A stretch of DNA of 64,000 nucleotides, from positions 37,572,001 to 37,636,000 of the forward strand of contig OX597823.1 in assembly GCA_951406725.2 (NCBI GenBank), written 5' to 3'. A program made the position numbers and the translations under genes. Each line of letters begins with the position of its first letter. Within the stretch, counting starts at the first letter, position 1. This DNA is from Octopus vulgaris. Taxonomy: Eukaryota. The notes beneath the pieces were generated by a model. The model saw only the letters and a list, made by a program, of their open reading frames with translations, was not told the origin of the DNA and made no database searches. Shown here in pieces: positions 13,376 to 24,045 of this stretch.

Positions 13376-13884
13376 CTAGCAGTATCGCCCGGCGTTGCTC
13401 GGGTTGTAAGGGAAATAACTATATAAGCATTTTTAGAGAGTTACTTCCCTTATAGATGCCAATTCGGGCTTTCTTAGCCATTTCTGTTTTGGTGTCTTCA
13501 AGCCATGAAGTCGTTGTTCTAAAAGAACGCTGGTCTCCTTGACAACACATTACGACGTTGATTTCTTTACACTCCCTTCCCCACAGCTTCACGAGGGAGG
13601 GAAGGGGGAGAAGCAAACAGGTGCAGCTGTGAGCGTGGACGCCAACTCCGCCGCCATCGACACATGAAAAATTATGCATTAAAATGGAATAAAAAATGAT
13701 GTTAAATTATTTTTAAAATCGTAGACTCATCGTTGACGCGCACTAATAGCCAGACAGGCTCGATATGAATCACGACTGTAAGATACCCGAATTTGGTTAA
13801 ACTGCACCGCAAAATGTGGGAGGAGTTAGGAATCTAAATCGAAGGGGACAGACACTCACACAACTAAAGTTTTATATATATAGA
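13376..13884 (-). mobile_element. Non-autonomous Helitron (~510 bp)
   Basis: Minus strand A|TCTATATATATAAAAC ... CCCGAGCAACGCCGGG (hairpin) CGATACTGCTAG|T; shares both ends with 38026-38426. Confidence 0.85.
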
Positions 13885-14117
13885 TAGATATAATATATGT
13901 ACATATTCAGTAATCAGTCTTGTTGTACCTACTCCCTCCTAAAAACTAGGCCTGGGTATATAAAATATATATATATAGCAAAATATATTCTTTATTCTTT
14001 TATTTGTTTCAGTCATTTGACTGTGGCCCCAGGACTTATTCTTTGCGAGCCTAGTACTTATCCTATTGGTCTCTCAGTTGTCAGGCGATGATGGTGGGGA
14101 CAAACACAGATACACAA

Positions 14118-14150
<33 letters not shown>

Positions 14151-14357
14151 GATATATATAGCAATAATACTATATTTGTTCCACGTCCTTGCGTTGTTGC
14201 GTTTTCTCTTGGTGTTTTCATGTTTGGATTAACTTTATATATATATATAGTGAAATATATATACATTTCGCTTAGGCATTGTAATACTAATAACCTGGTA
14301 TAGAACTCAATATACATACGCTTCTGAACATAGCATTTGCCAAGTACAGAGTGGTAA

Positions 14358-14632
14358 TAAGAACAGAGATGACAAAAGAATAAAATGATTACCTTATGAA
14401 CTTCATAAGCGTACAGCTGATTCCACTATAATATGTGGTGGACTCATAGTTGAGTGCCTAAGTAACATCTTACAGTTTCGTCAGAGCCTCAAGCATGAAG
14501 TTCATGCTCTGAAACTGTAAGATGTTAGTTAGGCACTCAACTATGAGTCCACTGTATTTTATAATGGAAACAGATGTAAGCTAATGAAGTTCATAAGATA
14601 ATCATTTTATTCCTTTGTCATCTCTGATCTTA
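14358..14632. repeat. Long inverted repeat (~120-bp arms)
   Basis: CAGAGATGACAAAAGAATAAAATGATT...GGACTCATAGTTGAGTGCCTAA..AACATCTTACAGTTTC is mirrored by GAAACTGTAAGATGTT..TTAGGCACTCAACTATGAGTCC...AATCATTTTATTCCTTTGTCATCTCTG. Confidence 0.92.
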
Positions 14633-14649
14633 TATATATATATATATGT

Positions 14650-15000
14650 CACTGAATGGCACTTTGGGCAAGTGTCTTCTAATATAGTCTTGGGCTGAGC
14701 AAAGCCTTGTGAGCAGATTTGGTAGAAGGAAACTGAAAGAAACCTGTTATGTATATATATATATATATATCTATGTGTGTGTGTGTCTTTGTGTATGTGT
14801 TTTTCCCCCACAACTGCTTGACAACTGATGTTGATGTGCTTATGTCCCCATAACTTAACACTTTGGCAAAAGAGACCAATAGAATATGTACCAAGCTTTA
14901 AGAAGTAAGTCCTGGGATTGATTTGTTCAACTAAAAAATCCTTCATGAAAGTGCCCCAGCATGGCCACAGTTAAAAATGACTGAAGCAAGTAAAAATAAA
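14650..15000 (+). mobile_element. SINE (dominant family), 5'-truncated
   Basis: GGCACTTTGGGCAAGTGTCTTCT...GAAACTGAAAGAA...CCCCAGCATGGCCACAG...ATGACTGAAGCAAGTAAAA. Confidence 0.8.
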
Positions 15001-15382
15001 AGAGTGTGTGTGTGTGTGTATGCATATGTGTACATATGTATGAGGGCACATGGCTCATGACCCCAGGCTTCAGTTATATCCCATATACTTGTTGCTATAC
15101 TCAACAATACCCACTCTTCCACTATCTTTCATTCCTCCCTGATATTCTCCAACCATGTGTCATCCATTCACAACCAAGTCACTACATGCCAAAGCTGTAT
15201 GCATGCCCTGAACACAGACCTTGAAAGCATCCTCTAATGAAAAACACCAATCTTGTTTCTTTCAAGAGCAACAAATCACAGATACTTCTTGTATCAAGTA
15301 ACTGTCATTACACCACACCTTACTAAACATGAACAGCCCCTCAGCTCCAAAATAAACTCTAGTTGTTATGTCTCACATTGAA

Positions 15383-15715
15383 GGCACATGAATCAGTGGT
15401 TAGAGTGTCAGGTTTACAACTGTGAGGTTGTGAGTTCAATTCCTGAATCAGGCTGTTTGTTGTGTTCTTGTGCAAGACACTTTATTTCATGTTGTTCCAG
15501 TTCACTTAGCTGTAAAAATGAATTATGATATCACTGATACCAAGCTGTATTAGCCTTTGCCTTTCCCTTGCATAACATCGGTGGCATAGAGAGGTAAGAC
15601 TGGAATGTATGGGTGACTGCTGGTCTTCCACAAACAACCTTGCCCAGACTTGTGCCTCGGAGAGGAACTTTCTAAATGCAATCCCATGGTCATTTGTGAC
15701 CAAAGGGAGTCTTTA
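15383..15715 (+). mobile_element. tRNA-derived SINE, third family
   Basis: Head GGCACATGAATCAGTGGTTAGAGTG...GAGTTCAATTCCTG; tail CTGCTGGTCTTCCACAAACAACCTTGCCCAGACTTGTGCCTC also present at ~44480-44640. Confidence 0.7.
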
Positions 15716-17179
15716 CTCTTTACCTTATTTCTCACTATTACTGAGGAACTTTCCTGGGAAAAACACATACTTATCATAGCTAGGGGAGCATCTCAATGAC
15801 TGGCCCTTCTCTTCAGGGCCAAGTGAGACCCTCAATGGAGTATTGCTCCAATATCTCTGACAATATTACTGCTGCTGCTAGACACAGACATCCTATACTA
15901 CATCCAGAAAAGGGCCACCTGATGGGCATATAGTCACTCACAAACACAATCCATCCAGTTTTTGACCCACAACTGCATTGTCTTCTCTTTCTACTTTTTC
16001 TGCCACTACTGTAATGGCTTCTGCTCCTTGAATTGGCTGGGTGCATGACACCTCTGCTCATTCATTTCTGAACCACTCCTCTTTCTTCCTCTTATTATCC
16101 TTTGCATCCAGTCCCTCTTGCCTTACACAAACCACTACACCTAATCCTTTTTCCTGCATCTTCCCTTTAGAATTCCTTCCCTCCTCTTGTCTTTCTTACA
16201 AGTGTTGACTTAAAAAGGTTCAAGAGGAACATTAATAATCCTTTCTATTATGTGCACAAGGTCAAAAATTTGTGGGGAGAGGATTAGTTGATTAGATCCA
16301 AACCCAATGCTCAGCTAGTATTTATCTTATCAACCCCAAAACACAAAAGGCTAATTCAATCACAGCAAAATTTGAGCAGAGCATAAAAAGCTGGAAGAAA
16401 TACCATTAAGCATTTTGTTTGACATTGGTAAAAATTCTGCTGATATACAGCCTTAAAAAGAACTCTAACAATGGCATCGATCTCACTGATCTATCATTCT
16501 TTTCATACTGAACTTACTGGTGTAGATACTTAAACAATGTGTGCTTCTGGCTTTATATCATATTCTGGGTCACATATTTTTACAATTTGCTTTTTCTTCT
16601 TGCAAACGGAAGGCATGAAATTTAAAATGTAAACACAGAATAACAAAAAAGAAACAATTAATAACACAACCAGTAAAGTTAGATACCTGGTGTATATAGT
16701 CCTAGCAATAACTAGTAAGTGTATATCTTAACTAGCAGGTGTGTATAGTAAGTAGCAGGGGCATAAGGTAACTAGCAGGTGTATATAATAACTAGCAAGT
16801 GTATATGGTAACTAGCAAGTATATATAATAATAAGCAGGTGTATATGGTAAATAGCTGGTGAATATAGTAACTAGCAGGTGTATAGAGTAACTACCGGGT
16901 GCATATGGAAACTAGCTGGAGTGTAAAGTAGCTACCAGGTGTATGTAGTAACTAACAGGTGTATATGGTAACTAGGTGGTGTATATAGTAGCTAGCAAGT
17001 ATATATGGTAACTAGCAGGTGTATATAGTAACTAGCAGGTGTATATGATAACTAACAAGTGTATAAGGGAACTAGCAGGTGTATGTAGTAACTAGCTGGT
17101 GCACATAGCAACTAGCAGGTGTATATGTTAATGAACTGGTGTATATAGAAACTAGCAGGTGTATAGTAACTAGTGTATA

Positions 17180-17721
17180 TATTAGATTGTTCAGAAAATA
17201 CTATTCCGATTTTCAAAACACTTTTTACACATTTGTTTTTAGATTTTATTTCGTAGTGTTTTAGATGAAAATTTACACGCATCATAATTGATGTGTACTC
17301 TTTAATAAATTTTTATTGATTTCTTTCAGAACATCATAGAAATCCTTAATTTCAAACATGAAAAAAGGAATGTATTTACTTTTTTCTGAACTAACTAGTA
17401 GGTGTATATGATAACTAACAAGTGTATGTAGTAACTAGCTTGGACTTTTTGCTTCCCAAAAAACCCACCAATATCAAAAGAGCATGGAGTGAGGAATCCA
17501 CTTGTGATCAGATGTAAAATGATGGTCTGAAAGATTCCAAAATGGAGATGAGAGCCTTCAAGATCAAGAAGGTAAAGAACACCCATCCACCCTGGATGAT
17601 CCACATTTGAAAACAATAGTCAAACAAAACCCGTGAAAATTGTCTCATATACTTGATGTCAGTGTTTCAAGAATAAAGGATTATTTTTTAAATCAGCCAT
17701 TATTTTCCAAATGACCTGATA
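17180..17721 (+). mobile_element. Internally deleted non-autonomous mariner (N-terminal HTH remnant)
   Basis: Imperfect TIRs TATTAGATTGTTCAGAAAATA / TATTTTCCAAATGACCTGATA; homologous to 23573-24045 (ORF 23706-23948 ...NINRAWDEGSTSDWTVKQWFERF...LED...GHPSDVDD) and 18250-18490. Confidence 0.75.
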
Positions 17722-18249
17722 GTAAACAGCTGATGTATATAGTAAGTAGCAGGTGCATATAATAAGTACAAGATGTTTATAGTAACTAGCAAGAGGGTAT
17801 ATGGTAACTAGCTGGTGTAAGTAGCACCTAGAAGGTGCATATAGGTAACTAGAAGGTGTGTACGGTAACTAGCTGATATATATGTTAACTACCTGGTGTA
17901 TATAGTAACTAGCTGGTGTATATGCTAACAACAAGGAGTATGTAATAACTAGCAGGTGTATATCATAACTAGTTGGTGTATATCATAACTAGAAGATATA
18001 TATAGTAACCAGCTGGTGTATATAGTAACTAGCAGGATACATATAGTAACTAGCAGGTGTATATAGTAACAGCCAGGTGTATCTATATCTAGCTGGTGTA
18101 TATGGTAACTACAAGGTGTATATAATAACTATCTGGTTATATAGTAACTAACAGGTGCATATGGTAACTAGCAGGTGTATATATTAACTGGAAGGTGTAT
18201 ATAGTAACAAGCTGGTATATACGGTAACTAGCTGGTGTATATAGTAATT

Positions 18250-18490
18250 AGGGTCCACTATATTCAGGCTGTATGACAGGGATTTGAGAGATTCTGTAGC
18301 AGGGATGAGAACCTTCCAGATGAAGAAGGTAAAGGACATGCATCCACCCTTGATGATCAGTATTTGAAAACAATATTTGGACAAAACCCACGATAAAGTG
18401 TTAGAGATATGTCTCATATGCTTAGTGTCAGTGTTTCAAGAATATGGGCTTATTTTTAAAATTAGCCATTATTTTCCAAACAACCTAATA
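18250..18490 (+). mobile_element. 3' half of the same deleted mariner
   Basis: Matches 17500-17721 and 23805-24045, including the right TIR. Confidence 0.7.
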
Positions 18491-18495
18491 GTAAC

Positions 18496-19140
18496 TGTAG
18501 TGACTTCATTTAGGCATAGAATAGATTCGAACTTGAATCGGTAAATTTCCCCCCGTAATATTTCAACAGTGTTTTTCTCACAGAAAAACAATGGTTATGT
18601 TTAACATATGGCTTTGCCACTTGACCCTCCTAACCTCTTCTAGGCCATGAAAAGTCTGAATTGTGAAAACAGTTGACTTCCAATGAAATCTATTGTTCTC
18701 TGCAATAGTTTTGTATAGTTGTAGATACAAGAACTCCATAAGCCAAAGTCAGTTAGTGAGAACCAAGTCTAGTTGACTGGCTAAACGAACCCACTATCTC
18801 TGAACAAAAAGGCACAGAGAAACAATTATGGTAACTCACCAACGAAGCAGTTCCTCTTGCCCCACTACTCTCACTTTCACTAGCTGACTTTCTCTTCTCT
18901 CCAACATTACCTTATCCCTGTCTGAGGTTCACTAGTACACAATGATGGGAACACAAACACACCTGTACAAGAAAAATATACGATATTTCTCACATGCATT
19001 ACGAATTATACATACCAGCCTGTCATGGTTTTGGCTATATACAAAGTAATGGTAATAAATATTTGCTTATAACTTCAATCATTGTTCTTCTTTCATCTTT
19101 ACACCGGCAACATCAACACCAGTTACAAATTGGCGACCCT
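18496..19140 (+). mobile_element. LTR of a Ty3/Gypsy-like retrotransposon with primer-binding site
   Basis: TGTA (18496)...TACA (19127) termini, TATA-like GCTATATA and AATAAA in the 3' half, immediately followed by AAT-TGGCGACCCT (typical PBS); internal region lost. Confidence 0.6.
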
Positions 19141-19964
19141 CAACTACAATGAATAACAATATTGCTACAAAACTATGTGGAGTATATAGTGACTAGCAGG
19201 TGCATATGGTAACTAAAAGGTGTATATAGTAACTAACATGTACATATGGTAACTAGCATGTTTATTTAGTAACTAACCGGTATATATGTTAACTAGATAG
19301 TGTATATGGAAACTAGCTGGTGTATATAATATTTAAAGATGTATATAGTAACTAGCAGGCATATATGGAAACTAGCTGGTGTATATATTAACTACCAGGT
19401 GTATATGGTAAATAGCTAGTAAATATAGTAAAAAGTAGATGGATATTGTAACTAGCAGGTGTATACAGTAACTACCAGGTGTATATAGTAACTAGCTGGT
19501 GTATATGGTAACTAGAAGGTATATATAGTAACTAGCTGGTGCATATAGAAACTAGCAGGTGCATATGGTAACTAAAAGGTGTATATAGTAACTAACATGT
19601 ACATATGGTAACTAGCATGTTTATTTAGTAACTAACCGGTATATATGTTAACTAGATAGTGTATATGGAAACTAGCTGGTGTATATAATATTTAAAGATG
19701 TATATAGTAACTAGCAGGCATATATGGAAACTAGCTGGTGTATATGTTAACTACCAGGTGTATATGGTAAATAGCTAGTAAATATAGTAAAAAGTAGATG
19801 GATATTGTAACTAGCAGGTGTATACAGTAACTACCAGGTGTATATAGTAACTAGCTGGTGTATATGGTAACTAGAAGGTATATATAGTAACTAGCTGGTG
19901 CATATAGAAACTAGCAGGTGCATATGGTAACTAGCATGTGTATATAGTAACTAGCAGGTGTATT

Positions 19965-21208
19965 TTAAACTGAAAGTTTATTTTACTTTATCTTAATACA
20001 AAGCAATGCAGTTAATCAAAATATGCACCTAAAATACCAACACAATTTTGTCATTTTACCTGTAGCTTATTTATGCCAGCAGTGAAGAATTCTGAAGAGC
20101 AAGAAGTGATGAAATCACGAAAGGCTGTTTTTGCATCTTCTTTAGATTTGAAGTTGTTTCCTTGCAAAAAGTTGTCTAATGCCTGGATGTTGTGATAGTC
20201 AGTTGGTGCAAGGTCTGGTGAATATGGTGGATGACAGAGTACTTCCAAGTTCAGTTCCTGTAGCTTGAATAGCATTCTTTGTGCAACATGTGGTCAAGTA
20301 TTGTCTTGCAAAAGAATTGACCTGCCTCTACTGACCGATCTCAGTTGTTTAATTACAAGTTCACTTATCATTTCATCCAATTGGTTATGTATACATCACC
20401 TGTAATTGACTTACCAGGTCTCATGAAGCTGTAGTGAGTGATGCCAGCACTGGACTACCAAACAGATACCATTAGTTTTTTTGGTGAATATTCCTATTTC
20501 GACTGTGTTTTGGCACTTCGTCTCTATCCAACCACAGTGCAGAACACTTGCTATTGTTGAAAAGAATCCATTTTTCATCACACATAATAATATGATGCAA
20601 AAATAGTTTGTTTTTATGCTGTGATAACAACAAACAACAAATTTCATGATGACGTGTCCTTTGATGCTCGTTCAGTTCATGTGGTACCCATGTCCAGCTT
20701 CTTTACCCTGCCAATTTGTTTCAGATGGTCCAATACAGTTGGAATCGAAACATCAAACCTTGCTGCTAACTCACACATAGTTTGAGACATATCTACTTCC
20801 ATGACCATTTCCAGTTCATCATTATCCACCTTGGTCTCAAGTCTACCATGGAACTGATTTTCAAGAGTAAAGTCACCAGACAGGAACTTCTCAAGCCATC
20901 GATGTACAGTGCACTCATTCACCACATCTTCACCAAACACCTCATTGATGCTTTGAGTTGTTTGGGATGCATTGGTTCCATGATGAAACTCATATTCATA
21001 AACAACATGAATTTTTGATCAATCCATGTGTTCACAAAAATTAAGTTACAAGAGAAAACTCACAATGTAATCAGACACCATGAATTGCAGTTTGAAAAAC
21101 GATGATTTAACTCTTCAATGCTATAAAACAAAGAATTGTCGGGATAAAACATTAGAGTCAAACTTGGTGCATAAGAAAATCGGACATTTCATTCTTAATG
21201 ACCTGATA
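19965..21208 (-). mobile_element. Decayed mariner transposon
   Basis: ORFs 20940->20677 (VNECTVHRWLEKFLSGDFTLEN) and 20275->20051 (HPPYSPDLAPTDYH); TIR-like end ...CATTCTTAATGACCTGATA at 21208. Confidence 0.88.
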
Positions 21209-21735
21209 GTAATTAGAAAATGCATACAGTATCTAGCTGGTGTATATAGTAACTAGGAGGTGTATATGGTAACTAGATGTATATAGTAACTAAGAGGTGT
21301 ATATAGTAACTACCTGGTGTATATGGTAACTAGCTTCTGTAAAGAGTAACAAGGAAATGTATGTAGTAACAAGCTGATGTATATAGTGACTAGCAGGTGC
21401 ATATGGCAAATAGCAGGTGTATATAGTAACTATGAGGTATATATAGTAACTAGTTGATGTATATAGTAACTAGCAGGTGTATATGTTAACTAGCTGGTGT
21501 ATAAAGTAAAGAGTTGGTGTATATAGTAACTAGCAGGTATAAATAGTAACCAGCAGTGTATATAGTAACTAGCTGGTGTATATGGTAAGTAGCTGGTGTA
21601 TATGGTAATTTGCTGGTATACATAGTAATGAGCTGGTGTATATAGTAACTAGCATGTGTATATTGTAAAGACCCTAATATATACATTTAGTTATAGATAC
21701 ATGTGCTATTTAGTATATACACCAGCTAGTTATTA

Positions 21736-23025
21736 TGAGGGGTGTATGAAAAGTCTTGAGCCTCAAAAAAACAAAACATAGTACAAGACTTCTGATGATT
21801 TATTTTTCAATATAGTCCCCCTCGATGACTGAACAGTTTCTCCAGCAGTGCTGAAGCACCATTATCCCGGCGTAGAGGAACACTTTTGTTTGAGACTGCA
21901 AGAAGCTTCCTACAGTGTCTACGACGTCATTGTCACTGACAAAATGGCGACCAGCCAGGGTTTTTTTCATTTTGGGGAATAGATAAAAGTCAGAGGGGGC
22001 TAAGTCTGGCGAATAAGGCGGATGGAGAACAAGTTTGTATCCACAATCACGAATTGTTGCCATGGCAACCACTGAGGTGTGGGCTGGAGCATTGTTATGA
22101 GGAAAAAGAACTCCTCTGGTGAGCATTCCCGGCCTTTTTTCTTTGATTGCTTCTTGGAGGCATTTCAGTAGCTGAGAATAATACAGCCCTGTCACAGTGT
22201 GACCCTTTTCAAGGTAATCAATCAGCAAGACACCTTGCGAATCCAAAAGAACTGACACCATGAACTTGCCAGCTGAAGGAATAACCCTGGCCTTCTTTGG
22301 GGTAGAAGATGTGTGCTTCCACTGCTTTGATTGTTCTTTGGTTTCAGGCTGGTAATGATGAACCCAACTTTCGTCCATAGTAGTGAAACAAGCAAGAACA
22401 TTCTCTTCATCAGCTTCAAGCAGTTTCAGATTCCTCGTGGACAAAGTGCACCTGGTGCGTTTCTGTACAGGAGTCAAAAGGCGAAGGACCCACCTTGCAG
22501 AAACCTTTGAGAACTCAAGTTCTTTTGTCACAATGTTGTCTGCTCTTTCAGTTGAGATGCCCAGTCTCTTGGCTATCTGGCGACATGATATTTGACATTC
22601 TTGCATTATCATACCTAGAGCAAGGTTAATGTTGTCCTCGGTGGTTGCAATTGGAGGTCTCCCTGGTCAGGGATCATCTTCCACACTCTCCCTGCCACGC
22701 TGGAATTCATTTACCCAGCATATGACTGTTGCCTATCAAGGAGCATTGTCTGTTAAGGTTCTCACCATATCTTCATGGATTTCTGATGGAGTCAGGCCTT
22801 TCAAATGAAGGTAATTTATGACAGCATGATACTCAGTTTTCTCCATTTTCCTTGTTACCTTGACATTTGTTTATTCAAACATCTGCAACAAAAAAAATTT
22901 AAATATCAGAATCATGAAAATGAGCAAGAATACTCCTAAAAGACTGTACTTACCAGAAAAAATTGTTTCAGCTACCTAGCAGCCCTGTTTCTAGGTTAGG
23001 CTCAAAACTTTTCAGACATCCCTCG
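21736..23025 (-). mobile_element. Full-length (1290 bp) mariner with both TIRs and TA TSD; transposase pseudogene 22846->21800
   Basis: TIRs TGAGGGGTGTATGAAAAGTCTTGAGCCT / AGGCTCAAAACTTTTCAGACATCCCTCG; TA on both sides; the frame from ATG 22846 is continuous with ORF 22612->21800 (TMDESW, SAGKFM, HPPYSPDLAPSD) but has three N-terminal stops and the second catalytic D reads N (HNNAPAH). Confidence 0.95.
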
Positions 23026-23572
23026 TATATATACCTCTAGATACCATATACACCAGTCAGTGACCATATACGCCTGCTAGTTATTATATGCACCTGCTAG
23101 TTACCATATACACCAGCTAGTTGACATATACACCTGGTAGTTATTATATACACCTGCTAGTAGCAATATGCACCTGGTAGTTACCATATTGCCCTGCTAG
23201 TTCCTATATACCTTTGTTAGTTACCATATACACCTGCTAGTTAGTATATACAACTGTTAGTTACTATATACACCTTCTAGTTACTATATACAGATGCTGG
23301 TTACTCTATACACCATCTAGTTACCATATACACCTGTTAGTTACTACATACACCTGCTAGTTACCATAGGCACCTGCTACTTACTATATGCACTAGCTAA
23401 TTGCCATATACATCTTGTAAGTACTACATACAGCAGCAAGTTACCATATACACCTGCTAGTTACCATATGCAGTTACTAGTTACTATATATAACTTCTAG
23501 TTACCATATGCAACTGCTAGTTACTATATACACTTGTCAGCTACTATATACACCTAGTTACTCTATATACCT

Positions 23573-24045
23573 GATTTAAGATTTTATTTTGTTGTGTTTT
23601 AAATGAAATTTTACATGGATCATAACTGAAGTATACTCTTTAATAAATTTTTATTGATTTCTTTCAGAATATCATTTTGAAGCATAGAAATCCTTAATTT
23701 CAATCATGAAAAAAGAAGAAATGCATTTATTTTTTTCAATGAATTCCATCTTGGACATAATGCTTCCCAAAACAGCCACCAATATCAACAGAGCATGGGA
23801 TGAAGGTTCTACTAGTGATTGGACAGTGAAACAGTGGTTCGAGAGATTCTATAGTGAGGTTGAGAGCCTTGAAGATCAAGTAGTTAGAGGACATCCATCC
23901 GACGTTGATGATCAGCATTTAAAAACAATATTCAAACAAAACCCATGACAAAGAGTCAGAGAAATGTTTCATATAACTGGTATCAATGTTTCAATAATAT
24001 AAGCTTCATTTTAAAATCAGCCATTATTTTCCGAAAAACTTAATA
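23573..24045 (+). mobile_element. Deleted mariner copy lacking the left TIR
   Basis: Homologous to 17235-17721; ORF 23706-23948 is a mariner HTH remnant. Confidence 0.75.

Noticed and set aside
21800-22612. Active or domesticated mariner transposase (SETMAR-like)
   Set aside because: Three upstream in-frame stops, second catalytic Asp changed to Asn, no SET domain, TIRs still present
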